The translations under genes and the position numbers were made by a program. Under the pieces are notes generated by a model. That model was not told the DNA's origin. It worked only from the letters and a program-made list of their open reading frames with translations, and did not search any database. A stretch of 63,375 nucleotides of DNA, filler included, from Octopus bimaculoides (taxonomy: Eukaryota): the NCBI RefSeq assembly GCF_001194135.2. It is 7 parts of 7 records of this genome, joined end to end, with 100 filler letters (N's around TTAATTAATTAA, not from the genome) between each part and the next. Parts side by side here need not be neighbours in the genome. Positions count along the whole stretch, not along the records: positions 40,116 to 45,332 come from NC_068997.1; positions 45,433 to 54,024 come from NC_068987.1; 5 more parts are not named here. One strand, written 5' to 3'. Of the stretch, positions 40,016 to 52,280 are shown piece by piece (positions within the stretch are counted from its first letter, which is position 1; every line of letters begins with the position of its first letter).

Positions 40016-40115
40016 NNNNNNNNNNNNNNNNNNNNNNNNNNNNNNNNNNNNNNNNNNNNTTAATTAATTAANNNNNNNNNNNNNNNNNNNNNNNNNNNNN
40101 NNNNNNNNNNNNNNN

Positions 40116-41694
40116 AGAGAAATATAGGGAACTCATAGATAAACGTTTCAAAACAGACTTTATCACCAAAGCCACCCAGTTAATAGTTGAAGAGAACACA
40201 TTCTCATTTAACAACAAACCATACCGACAGATAAAGGGCACGGCGATGGGTATGAAATTCGCACCTTCATATGCCAACCTAGTGATGGGTTTCCTTGAGA
40301 ACAAGCTATACGATGAAATAGGGAACACCTTCGAACACAACTTCAGAGAAGACATCAAGAAAAAGTGGAGACACTACCTCGATGACTGTTTCATCTTTTG
40401 GAACAGATCAGAAGAAGATCTACGAACATTCCACAACATCCTCAACACACTGCACCCATCTATCCACTTCACAATAGATACCAACTACAACGAACTTCCC
40501 TTCCTAGACATCAACATCAAGATACACAACTCCATCGTTACAACAGACATCCACTACAAAAAAAAACGACACACACCAATATTTAAATTTCTACTCCTGC
40601 CACCCATCCCACATAAAAAGAAACATTCCATATAGTATGGCAAGACGCATATGCAGCATAGTGACCGACTCACAGACATGACACATAAGAATAGAAGAAC
40701 TTAAAAACTTCCTACTAGAACAAAAATACCCACTCACCTTAATAGAAAACGGAATCGAAAAGGCAACAAAACTGGACATTACACAACTCAGAACACCAAA
40801 AAAGAAAAACAAAGAAAACATCACCCCTTTCATTAGCACACACAACCCTACAATCACCAACATGTTTCACATTATACACTCAAACCTACCAATAATCCAA
40901 CAAAGCCCCAAAATGGAAAACCTACTAAACAAATATTGCATAAAAAACAGTAAACGCCAAAAAAAAAAACTTAAAGAAACATCCAACAAGAGCGAAATTC
41001 TCAGCAGAGAATAAAACCGAATTCTACGTAAAAGAGTGTGCAGATGGTAGATGTGGAACCTGCAGCAACCCCATCTACAAATATATAGAGGGGAACAAAC
41101 AGATAAAATTTAAGAGTGATCACACATTCAAAGTAAATGCAGACATGAACTGCAAGACGCAGAATGTAATATACTGCATAACCTGCCCCACATGCAAGGA
41201 GAATTNNNNNNNNNNNNNNNNNNNNNNNNNNNNNNNNNNNNNNNNNNNNNNNNNNNNNNNNNNNNNNNNNNNNNNNNNNNNNNNNNNNNNNNNNNNNNNN
41301 NNNNNNNNNNNNNNNNNNNNNNNNNNNNNNNNNNNNNNNNNNNNNNNNNNNNNNNNNNNNNNNNNNNNNNNNNNNNNNNNNNNNNNNNNNNNNNNNNNNN
41401 NNNNNNNNNNNNNNNNNNNNNNNNNNNNNNNNNNNNNNNNNNNNNNNNNNNNNNNNNNNNNNNNNNNNNNNNNNNNNNNNNNNNNNNNNNNNNTGTTAAC
41501 AAGCCAGAATTCACCGACAACATGTCCGACAGGAGGAACTACGGAAAATTCCACTGAGTGAACACCTAGGAACATGTGGGGAAGGAAAATTTAAGATCTT
41601 TCCCTTCTATAAATGCTCAAGAAACGATACCTCCTTCAGGAAAAATATGGAGAAATACTTCATAGCAAAATTCTCACCAAAACTGAATGGCTGA
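40116..41694 (+). mobile_element. Penelope-like element 2 (Neptune-like): RT + Cys-rich linker + GIY-YIG endonuclease, disrupted
   Basis: NTFSFNNKPYRQIKGTAMGMKFAPSYANLVMG, WRHYLDDCF, LPFLD, THQYLNFYSCHPSHIKRNIPYS, CADGRCGTC, NCKTQNVIYCITCPTC, RIHRQHVR..PLSEHLGTC..FKIFPFY..EKYFIAKFSPKLNG*. One poly-A frameshift (~40565) and one in-frame TGA (~40679). Confidence 0.95.
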
Positions 41695-41844
41695 AACATG
41701 AAGATCACAACCCATCTAGGATCTTCAACTTTGGAACAACAGAGCCTAAAAAAACGGCAAGAAACCCAGATAGTGGGACATTTTTGTACCAACTAGAATT
41801 GAATCCAGTTACCTAGGTTCTCATATTTCTCTGCTAACTTTTTT

Positions 41845-42420
41845 GAACTAACCAGCTGTATAGATATAGACACAATTCCTTCCTTCCCTTTTACACTCCT
41901 TTCAGACACACACATACATACACACACACACTCTCTACCACTGGACAATGATACCAAAGAATACCATCTGGTTTTGCCATTTTTCTTTTTCTTTTTTTCA
42001 AAAAAGGCCAAGAATAAACTTGTCACTGCAGGAACTGACCAACTGTAAACTGTAAACAGAATCTTCTTCTTCCCTCCTCTTCCCACTGACACACCTTTCA
42101 AATACACAGGCACACACACACACGCATGCACACAGACACACATGCACATGCACACACACACACAAAAACGCACCCACACTCTCCTACTAGACAATGACAC
42201 CAAAGATTCTTTTTGAAAAACAACTTCTTCAAAACAATCACACCTGCTTTTGCCATTTCTTTAAAAGGCCAAAAATAAACTTATCATTGAAAAGAACTAA
42301 CCAGCTATGAACACAATTTTCTTCTTTTCTCTTTCCCATCGACACACACACACAGACACACACACCAACACAAAAAACACACACTCACACACACATACTC
42401 TCTCTCTCTCACTTTTCCCT
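41845..42420. repeat. Degenerate ~200-250 bp tandem repeat (about 2.5 units) with embedded (CA)n
   Basis: gaactaaccagct, gacaatga(t/c)accaaaga, ttttgccattt and aaaaggccaa(g/a)aataaactt recur in the same order. Confidence 0.7.
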
Positions 42421-42743
42421 CCATTCCTCACCCTCTCTTACTATCCTATATATCTCTCTCTCTCCACCCCTACACACTCAATAAAACTATATAAAGAGAC
42501 CCCACCGCAAGGTGGGCTCAAAATAATTTGAAAATCCTACATGATTCGGTGAAAAGCGCTTTATTTAATTTATAAAGCATGTGACATTAATAAAAATCTG
42601 TAAATGTACAAACATCCAGATTTCTGAGTACCTTAAGTTTTTTTCTATAATACAATTTCTGTACATCACCTCCAAACCTTCCAATATATATATATGTAAC
42701 ATTGCTGAAATTGCATTCTAAGCACTAGGTTTCATATTTATAG

Positions 42744-42872
42744 TCAGAAAAGGATTCAGCCCTGACCAATTACAAAAAATCAATTACAACCTATATTGGA
42801 AACTGCTTACATTACCCACTATTTCTCCACTCTGCCAATTGATACTGGAACAGTTTCTGCTTTTCTCAACTG
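42744..42872 (+). CDS. Candidate internal exon (phase 1-1), product unknown
   Basis: atatttatag|...|gtaagc; open frame RKGFSPDQLQKINYNLYWKLLTLPTISPLCQLILEQFLLFST; a strong acceptor 63 nt downstream (42935) continues the frame for 86 codons. No homology recognised. Confidence 0.3.
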
Positions 42873-43150
42873 GTAAGCTGTAAATGAACTACACCTAAAA
42901 CCTCGCCTTGTCCCTACTATCTTTTTACTTTTCAGGTCTTGCAATAAATGCTTTCCTTAATGCTCTGAAAATACCACCTTACCCATATTTTTTAGTGCAA
43001 ACATCAACTTACAGATGTTTGAACTTTACTAATCTCACTAAACAGAGAGAGACTGAAAATGTTTACCCCCCACCCACTCTAACTTTTAAAATGATCAGGC
43101 AATATCAACTGTCAATTCTACAAAATGAAAGGATTAATAAAATAGCATAC

Positions 43151-43302
43151 CTGTCAATGGTATCAATAATGAGGGAAGGATTCAGTCGAATATAGGCTTT
43201 CAAATCTTGCAGGTAGCGAAAGTCTCCATGAATAATGATGCGATTACAAAGTGCTTCACTCCAAACTGCATTTCTATTGTAAGCCTCACTAACAATCAAT
43301 GC
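43151..43302 (-). CDS. SPG11: Spatacsin exon (penultimate-exon equivalent)
   Basis: Acceptor tttattcctcag|, donor AG|gtatgc, 152 nt, phase 0-2. ALIVSEAYNRNAVWSEALCNRIIIHGDFRYLQDLKAYIRLNPSLIIDTIDR aligns by recall with the vertebrate spatacsin C-terminus ASIVAEAYDFVPDWAEILYQQVILKGDFNYLEEFKQQRLL. Confidence 0.85.
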
Positions 43303-43370
43303 CTGAGGAATAAATGCAATAATATGTAACAACTGGAGATGCAAATGATGATCACAATGATTTTATATAT

Positions 43371-43530
43371 ATGGGTGCAAGCATGATTCTATGGTAAACG
43401 AGCTTGTTTCCCAACTACATGGTTTAGTTTCAGCCCCATTGCATGCTACTTAAGGCATGAGTCTTCTCCTATTAAGCTGCAGGTTGACCAAACACTTCTA
43501 AGTGGATTTGGTAGATGGCAACTAAAAGAA
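43371..43530 (+). mobile_element. SINE family A head (diverged)
   Basis: gcatgattctatggtaaacgagcttgtttcccaactacatgg...gtggatttggtagatggcaactaaaagaa, then (TG/CA)n. Confidence 0.7.
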
Positions 43531-43551
43531 TTTCTTTGTATATGAGTGTGT

Positions 43552-43585
<34 letters not shown>

Positions 43586-43639
43586 TGGAATCCAAGTAAA
43601 TTCCATGGAATGAAAAAAAAAGAAGATAAACTGCAGAGT

Positions 43640-44150
43640 GGTACTTGGCAAGATGTGTAGAAGATGCACATTTTCCAACAAAGATTGTTTGGAGTGATGG
43701 GGCTACATCTAAATTAAATAGCTTAATTAACCACCACAATTACAACTACTGGAGACCTAAGAATCTGCAATTATGGAGGAACATCGAGTTAATTTACCAG
43801 AAGTTACAGTATGATGTATATAAAACCATTTTGATGTTACTTGTAACTTGTCCCATTTAGTTGAACTTGCTGCAACAATCTTTTAAGAGGAGTTTGAAGA
43901 TTTGGAGTTTTATTTCCAACAAGATGCAGCATCCCTACACTACCATAATAACGTAAGGGCCTAAAGGACATACTTTCACAAGATTTTGCCAAACAGGTGG
44001 AATGGACAAAGAAGAATACCATCTACATTCACTGTACTTCACATCATTACACTTCTTTTATGGGGATACTAAGAAGAGAAAGTTTGCAGTATATAACTAG
44101 CAACAGTTAACAAATTGAGGGTATCTACTGAACAAGAATATACACAAATA
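43640..44150 (+). mobile_element. Decayed Tc1/mariner transposase remnant (DD37D/maT-like)
   Basis: [42 protein letters not shown] and LLWGY*EEKV resemble the WFSDEAxFHLNGxVNxxNCRIW, FQQDGAPPH, PGRWIG and FLWGYLKxKVY motifs. Confidence 0.7.
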
Positions 44151-44304
44151 CTCAACAAAATATATTTTGATGTTTGCAATTCCATCACTAAAACTTATCA
44201 GCAGTGCTTGGACCAGAACAGTCATCAGTTTCAAAAATGACATTCATAAAAAAGAATAAATTATGTCTTTAGGTTCTATTAAATTTTGAAAATGAAATGC
44301 TGGT

Positions 44305-44480
44305 GCTACATAAAAAGCATTGATGCTGGTGTCACTTACAAAGCACTGGTAATGGTGCCATGTAAAAAGAACATAGTTGATACTGTAAAGTGGTTGGCAT
44401 TAGGAAAGACATCCAGTAACAGAAACCAAGCTATGGAACTAGGTGTAGAAAACTGACATTAGATGTTGATGATTTTAATA
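44305..44480 (+). mobile_element. Degraded SINE family E fragment
   Basis: gtggttggcattaggaaagacatccagtaacagaaac...gacattagatgttgatgat matches 63140-63300. Confidence 0.6.
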
Positions 44481-45022
44481 ATTGCTGATTTGATAATAAT
44501 CATTCAATGTAAGTATAATTTTTTTGAGGCATCCTATATNNNNNNNNNNNNNNNNNNNNNNNNNNNNNNNNNNNNNNNNNNNNNNNNNNNNNNNNNNNNN
44601 NNNNNNNNNNNNNNNNNNNNNNNNNNNNNNNNNNNNNNNNNNNNNNNNNNNNNNNNNNNNNNNNNNNNNNNNNNNNNNNNNNNNNNNNNNNNNNNNNNNN
44701 NNNNNNNNNNNNNNNNNNNNNNNNNNNNNNNNNNNNNNNNNNNNNNNNNNNNNNNNNNNNNNNNNNNNNNNNNNNNNNNNNNNNNNNNNNNNNNNNNNNN
44801 NNNNNNNNNNNNNNNNNNNNNNNNNNNNNNNNNNNNNNNNNNNNNNNNNNNNNNNNNNNNNNNNNNNNNNNNNNNNNNNNNNNNNNNNNNNNNNNNNNNN
44901 NNNNNNNNNNNNNNNNNNNNNNNNNNNNNNNNNNNNNNNNNNNNNNNNNNNNNNNNNNNNNNNNNNNNNNNNNNNNNNNNNNNNNNNNNGATTATACATA
45001 GCAGGGTAATCCCTTTTCACAG

Positions 45023-45142
45023 GAGCTAGGATGGCAATTTGTGATGAAGCAATTGCTGGCGATCTGTTGCTACACAGTTTTGCCAGAATTCTATCAGATT
45101 GGGCAGAAGATGTTGATGCACCATTTTGCATTATGTTCAAAG
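45023..45142 (+). CDS. Candidate internal exon (120 nt, phase 1-1), product unknown
   Basis: cccttttcacag|...AAAG|gtagtt; ARMAICDEAIAGDLLLHSFARILSDWAEDVDAPFCIMFK; GC higher than flanks and protein-like composition; no homologue recognised. Confidence 0.4.
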
Positions 45143-45757
45143 GTAGTTAAAAGTTTTTTTATGATGGCTTCTCTTCACTGCCTATTACTTCATTAGAAAT
45201 CTAAGGATGCATATAAGAACATAATAGAGAAAAATGAAACAAATATGGACGACTTGCTCCGAAACACCACTGAGTGGGGAACACTTCTCAAAAATAACCT
45301 GCAGTTGTTTCCTTCAAAATTCCTACATGCTCNNNNNNNNNNNNNNNNNNNNNNNNNNNNNNNNNNNNNNNNNNNNTTAATTAATTAANNNNNNNNNNNN
45401 NNNNNNNNNNNNNNNNNNNNNNNNNNNNNNNNTATAATCTAATATGATATTTCACTGCAATCTTTCTTCTGAGTTTTTGAATTGTTAATCCATTTAAAAG
45501 TATTTTCTTTCGTATTATTTTCCTAATATTGAACAAAAGAAACGAAATTCTGTTTTTCATCACAGCTATGCCAAGTGTAAGATATTTATTTATAGTTTTG
45601 CTAAATTGCAACTGTCTAATCAATTTCTTCTGCGTTTTTGTCATGTTGATATATCCAGCATCTAATATGTATTCGCTTCCGAGATATATTAGCATGAAAA
45701 TTGTACCTTTCCAGATTTTCAGTTTGTGAATATGTGTGTATGTGTGTGTTTGTGTAT

Positions 45758-45790
<33 letters not shown>

Positions 45791-46462
45791 ATGAGTGTGT
45801 GTGTGTGAGTGTGTTTACAAGCACAAGCATTCATATCAGTTGTATGAGCCTGAGTGTTAGTGTGTGTGGGCGATTTATAGAAGTTTATTAGATTTATAAA
45901 TTTTAGTATATTTATTCTAATACTTATGAGACTAGAACGAATAAATTTTGATTCAATCGAATTTATATGTTGTTCAGAAAGTCACTACTTATATGTATGT
46001 GTGTGTGTGTGTGCCGCGCGTGCGAGTACAATTCCAATACGAAGGAAATGTTTGCATATCTCCATTTCATAAACAGGAAACCACTCACATATAGTGATAT
46101 ACATGATTATGTATTTTAGTATGAGTGATAATTGTTGATATTTATGTTGAACTGACATTTGTCTGCTTCTTATGTATTTTTTATCAAAATGCTCCATACC
46201 AGAATCACTAAAGCAAAGAAAATCTCCTCTCTATGTTCAGCTACATCAATCTTCTTGTACTGATTTCATATATTGTGCTTCTGACATTTTTTTCTTTCTA
46301 AGTTTCTGGAGGGAAAATTATCGACTGTCCTTTACAAACAAATATACAAACACACAAGGATACACCTCTATCAACCCAACATCTTCTTAGTTATATTTAC
46401 ACACACTCATTTATATACTCACAATTGCACACATACACACACATACATATCTATGTGTGTGT

Positions 46463-46790
46463 GAAGGCATATCGCTCAGTGGTTAGAGGCGTTGGGCTTA
46501 CAATCTTAGTGTTGTGGGTTCATTCGAGGACCTGAATGTGTACTTTTCTTTCTTGAGAAGACACTTTACTTCACGTTACTCTAGTTTGCTTAGCTGTGGA
46601 AATAAGTCATGATGTCACTGGCATCAAGCTTTATTGACCTTTGCCTTGGACAACATCGGTGGCGTGAAATGGGGAGAGTGGTATGCTTCGGCGTCTGCTG
46701 TTGTTCTACAAAATACCTTGCCCGGGCGAGTGCCTCGGAGGGAGGAATTTCTCAATGCAAGCCCAAAGCTCTTCGTGTCCGAAGTTGCGG
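46463..46790 (+). mobile_element. SINE family D copy (tail type 3)
   Basis: A-box-like cgctcagtggttagag, core aagacactttacttcacgttactctagtttgcttagctg, tail ccttggacaacatcggtggcgtg...ccttgcccgg...gtgcctcggaggg. Confidence 0.8.
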
Positions 46791-46960
46791 ACTTCGTTCA
46801 TGATATGTATGGTAAATCATGGGTAAATTATTATGCTCTTTAAAAAGCAGGTCCCTATTTTATTTGTAGTTGTCCTCATGAATCTTATACGCCACCAATA
46901 CTTCCATTCTTTATACGATTCTAAATTTTATAATTTATGTTTGTTTCTTAAATTCTGCAG

Positions 46961-47137
46961 TATACGTTTTGAAATATTATATATATTATATACTACACTT
47001 TCTATTTTCTCCGGCATAATTAATCTTACCCTGCTTGTGTCTTTTTTTATATACGTTTTTTCTCGAGTGGGAATCAAGGCCTATGGCGTTTGTACACGAT
47101 CCCACAGCACTGAACCTGATAATTTTAACATCTTGAG
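46961..47137 (+). CDS. Candidate transmembrane-segment exon (phase 2-2) of the orphan gene
   Basis: Acceptor tttgtttcttaaattctgcag|; IRFEILYILYTTLSIFSGIINLTLLVSFFIYVFSRVGIKAYGVCTRSHSTEPDNFNIL; phase matches the next exon, but donor AG|gtgttt is weak and T-rich DNA translates hydrophobic by chance. Confidence 0.35.
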
Positions 47138-47837
47138 GTGTTTCGAAATAACGGCTGTGTGAAAAAAAAATTATATCTGCTGCAATACAATTGGAGGGTG
47201 TTGAATTTATGGGAATGAGAATGTCTTTACAGATTTTCTGGAGATGAGAACGCCTTTACAGCATTGTGTTACTTAGGGTAACACAACATACTCGACCAAA
47301 CGAGAAGACATATAAGTGATTCTGGTACACCTAAATGGAATTGCCAAGGGTACCTCTCAGCCACAAATAATAGAGACCATTCTAGTACCTCATGAGCGTG
47401 TGGGCGACAAGTTCCTCCCGTTGTTTCGAGTTTCATAGCCCTTCACCTTTCGTTAGGCAAGTGCCTTCTGCCATTGATTTGAGTCACATATATGCTTACT
47501 TACAGCAGTTGGTAATTAGGAAACTCTACTGAAGTTCAACGAATATGTTTGCTGGTACAGCGACCTCTTTATTTATTAAGTTGAAGATTAATTTATTAAA
47601 TCTTTAACATAATTAAAAACATAGTAAGTCTGAATGTGTATCTATGTATTATCGAACATACAAATGTACAGAAAACCATTAGCGAAAGTATGGTACAAAA
47701 CATCAAGTCACTCGCCTACGAGTGACATCTATTTTTATCTTTCTATCTACACAGAGACACATACGCACAAACACACACCTATATATGTATATTCATATAT
47801 ATATTCTACAATAATCCTTTCTCGCTTATATTTTCAG

Positions 47838-47984
47838 TAAGAAACCTACTTTTAATAAATTGACGCCAATGAGAGAAGAATTCGTCCAAAATGAACACTA
47901 TGATGATACCTATGCGACAGTATTTTGTACAAAATCAGAATCCACGTCGAAGCACAGCTTAAAAAGCTCTACGGAGCAAGCCGA
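47838..47984 (+). CDS. Internal exon of unidentified protein (low-structure, Tyr-containing tail)
   Basis: ttatattttcag|...GA|gtaagt; 147 nt, phase 2-2; KKPTFNKLTPMREEFVQNEHYDDTYATVFCTKSESTSKHSLKSSTEQA. Confidence 0.7.
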
Positions 47985-49079
47985 GTAAGTTCTACGTTTT
48001 TTGAATTCGTAATTTTTTTCTACAATGGATTCTGTAAGTTACAATTTAAATTCTAATTACATTCGAATACTGTTTGAAGAATGCATATTTCCTTGAAAGA
48101 AATGAAAGGATTTTTCATGTCAATTGAAACAAAATGAAATCACATCTATGTGTTTTACCAAATCTTGTACGAATTTGTAGTCAAAAACAGTAATCGTGTA
48201 ATACCCTTTTATTTTCTAATCGTGTAATACCCTTTTCTATATCGTGTAATATGATCTTATTTGCATTTGTTGTTAACTTGCGAATGATCGTAGTATTGTA
48301 ACTCAGGTTTCATGTAGAAATTTGGAGTTGACATGTTATCCGTCCATTAATCTAATATCTAATAGTCTCACAATTCACGTGGGATACCAGGTTTTGAATG
48401 TAATAAAAACCAAGTCAACATTCCTTTGAAATTCGAACAACAAAACTTTAGAGGGTGATATACTATTTGTGTTCGCAACTCACATTGTTATTTTCATCAG
48501 ATAGACATTAATTAAGAATTAGCCTATTTTTATTCACGAAAGGAAATTGTATTATCTCAAAAGGAAATCAATTTTAAATTTCGTAAAAATACTAAATGTT
48601 TTTTTTAGCTACGGTTGCCAACTAAGATTGACAGTCATGTTTCTGTACAATTACTTTGCCCTCAGTCGAGTATTTAATTAGAAATGTCTTCCATGGGTCC
48701 ATGCCAAAAAATTATAGTTTTTGCAAAAGTAGCTTGAATACACTACTCATGTACATTTCTTGCGTTTCTTTGTTTCCTTTTAGCTTTCCAGTTTTCTAGA
48801 CTGAAAATTGCTGGTACAAGGAACAGTTATGAAATGGCGATATTAAATAATATTCATTGCTTTACAATAGTTAATGTTATGCTTTAACTTTCACAATTAC
48901 ATTGCTGTCGGAATTAACCCAACCTGGTTGCTAAAACAACATATGATTGATATCATGTTTTCATTCTATTGTGCAGGCCCATTAAGCAATTATTAACCTT
49001 GTACTTGGTCAACATTGACCAGTATTAATAACTAGAACAAGAATTGATATTCATCTTTGTCACCAAGGACATGTAGGAT

Positions 49080-50760
49080 TTCTGAATTAGTCTCTCAAAA
49101 CTTCTGGTATGTTCTTTACATTTTGCATGATTCTGTGTTACCAGTGTTCCCTTCAAATCATTTCTGCTAATCTCCATCAAATTTTCATTGGGCTACTTAA
49201 CATTTTACCCAAGTTTCTTGAACTAAACATCTTAATATTCCCCTTCAATTGTAACCTGCGCATCTTCATTTCTTCTATATTCTGGTCAATTGATTCCTGA
49301 TTATCCACGGAAGTCTATATTTTTCACAATTTCTTGATACATAATGTATATGGTGTTTATAACGGCAGCACCTGCGTATGAATGCTACGAGCCTTCATTT
49401 GTCATAAATTAAAAAAAAAAAAAACAGAAGCAGAAAAATGATGATGCTATTTGAAAGTTTCAGGTTAACACGTTCAAAGAAAATTTTGATTTTCTGAAAT
49501 GTTCTACAATGGAGAAGATTTAAATAGTCGGTCCAAGTTTCGGTTCGTAAATCCAGTTGCAAATGCCAAGTATGATAATTGGGTGGAACATTACAGTTTA
49601 TTCAGCATGGCTCTCTAAAATTTGACAAAACCATGTCCATGGTTTTGAATTTTCATTATCTTTGCCTTTCCAACACCACTCTAAATTCACTTTTCACAAC
49701 TATATCTGTTAGTATGCCTGCTATTTTCTGTATGTCTGTAAGACTCTGGAACAATATGTAAATGCTATATAAATAGTAGAGATTCTCAAGTAAATGATCT
49801 TGTACCCATCGTACCATTTTTCTTTCAGGCTTTCAAAGTTTGACACACCACAGCCAAGAAGCATCAGCTTACTCCAAAAGATTTCAAATATTTTCTATTG
49901 AATATCATTTCGCAACGCTCATTTTGTACATATTTTGTACATATTTGTGATGCAAGGTTATTGAGCGAAGTGAAATGTGTAAGAAGCGTTATCTCAGTGA
50001 ATGAAACAGAGAATGGCGTATGCCAGAATTTCATGCGCTTGCTTGGGGTTGATGCAAATTGTAATGATCTGATTAATGCAGGACTTACCTACTCTAAATC
50101 CCTCGCTGTTCCGCTATTAACAAGCGTTTTCAGTTTTTCGACAATTTTTTCAATGGCTACATTAGAAATATGATCCCACTCTAAATATCTAAGTACTTGT
50201 TATGATGTCTTCTTTCTGGCTTTCTCACCAGAAGGCCATTGCTTTGTTCTGTGTGGATTTTGCACACCTCCCACCTTTACTATGGCATTAACAGCTTGAC
50301 AGTGGTGTCCATATCGGTTGTCATGTTCTCGAGTGGAATTTCTTTTGGCACTACTATATATTTTTTTTTTGATATCTTTAGATTCTTAATTATTCGGTCG
50401 TTTATGAAAAGCTCTACATTTTCATTTACTTGGTTGATAGCTGTTATACTATCTGGCTCAAATATAGGTGACCGTCTATTCAAGAGATTATGAAACAGTT
50501 CTAACAATCTTTTCCTCCATTCTTATTCATTGGTTGAGCTAAAACCTTTCAGACGCAATACAGGAGATTCCTATCAAATTTCTACTATTCCCTCTACTTC
50601 ATTTTCGTGAGAATTTTGGTAGTTATAATTTCCGTTCTTTTAGATTCTGTTTACTTTTACCATGCTTCATAATTGCTAACCTGTACTTTATTATTTTTGT
50701 CTTTCTGTGGAGTCTTCATGGTCAGTTTTAGTCACTTAACTCTGTCTCTTGACTCATATA
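49080..50760 (-). mobile_element. Decayed RTE-like LINE (RT region), antisense within intron
   Basis: Minus-strand fragments FHNLLN, IKNLKISK..KEIPLE, GFRVGKSCINQIITI, and RRLQLKGNI near the 3' end; many stops and frameshifts. Confidence 0.7.
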
Positions 50761-50943
50761 TACTGCTGCGAAACGATATTTTCTCTTCGTCTGTTTTTAC
50801 CAATAATCACGTTAAATGTTTACAAGAGTTAAACATTTCCAGTTGCCATGTATTATTTATTGCCCTTTACATGCACAAGCCATTCGAACATTTCTTTTAC
50901 ATTTAGCATATATTAATTCATATAAACTTTTATTTCTCTACAG

Positions 50944-51110
50944 AGTTCCTATTATTCAACCAGCAGAGGAGGAGCATCCTCTAGTCCACAAATATGCCCA
51001 CATAACTTTCTTAGATGGCCCTGTGGGCGACGATGAATCAACGGACTCCTTGGCAATAGACCAAACTAAAGAAGAAGAAGAAAGAAGCATTATCAGTGGT
51101 GACATGCCAG
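50944..51110 (+). CDS. Internal exon of the same unidentified protein
   Basis: ttttatttctctacag|; phase 2 start completes GA+A (Glu); VPIIQPAEEEHPLVHKYAHITFLDGPVGDDESTDSLAIDQTKEEEERSIISGDMP; donor CAG|gtttga, phase 1. Confidence 0.72.
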
Positions 51111-51207
51111 GTTTGATAACTACTCCATGGCAATTGAGAATTACTCGAGTGCTATGCATATATTGATTTTGTATATTAACACACGTTTCTAAATTATTAT
51201 ATTTCAG

Positions 51208-51245
51208 ATTTTAAAACTACATACGATAATCGACATGATTCATAG
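51208..51245 (+). CDS. Terminal coding exon of the same protein
   Basis: attatatttcag|; phase 1 gives DFKTTYDNRHDS*; AT-rich putative 3' UTR follows. Read-through of the 97-nt intron would instead end GLITTPWQLRITRVLCIY*. Confidence 0.55.
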
Positions 51246-52109
51246 TGACAATCACGCATCTGTGCTAGTCTTAATATCGACGTGACAAATTTGACTGACA
51301 TTTTTATTGTTTAGTCTGTATAATATCCAATATTTTAAAGAGGTACATACCTAACGTGAATATTTGAAAATGCGCAATATTAACTTGGAAAATATAAATT
51401 ACTAGTTATCATCTTATTAACCATATGAATAATTCATCACCTTAATAGAGAATTGAGAATAGAGGAAAGTTTTATTTAAAAATATTTTCGGAAATTGCAT
51501 CTTAAAATAACTATGTTTATGAGACAATTAAATACTTCAAGCGTTAATGATCTGTTTAGAAATCTGTTAAAGTTTCGGAATTACTTATTCTATTTAAGAT
51601 TCTTCTAGATTGTGAGTGTGAATGAATAATTGATTTAATAAGTTTTGTGTGAAATCTGTCTAACAGACACTTCCGCCACATAAACAACGAATTTAGTCAA
51701 ATATGTATTTGAGAGATACCCATAAAATGAGGAATACTATAGTGGAGAATCTTTTGCAAGTAAACACAACTATACAGATTGTCTTTTACTGATAAAATGA
51801 TACTGCAATTATTAGGTTTCATATGTGAACAGACAACCTTGCAAACGCGTTTTCCTCAGCTTGTAACATTTGTCTATTTTCAAAATGCGACGCAGTTACA
51901 TTGTCTTTCAACTGATTTAAAGAAAGCTGAATAATTAAGATTAGAATTTGCCTAATAAAAGTCCCTAAGATGAACGAATGTTTTATGTTTTCGGCTTTAA
52001 ATTTCATGTGATAACAGAGAAACGAATCGTTGAAAATTAGACAGAAGCTCGAGAAACTTGAGACAATAACTATTATAAGCTTGAAATGAAATATTTCTGA
52101 CAATAGCAA

Positions 52110-52280
<171 letters not shown>

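Noticed and set aside
45433-45750. ~105-codon minus-strand ORF, and an 11-nt plus-strand microexon (cag|CTATGCCAAGT|gtaaga)
   Set aside because: No homology; AT-rich antiparallel ORFs arise by chance; a microexon cannot be supported without reads.
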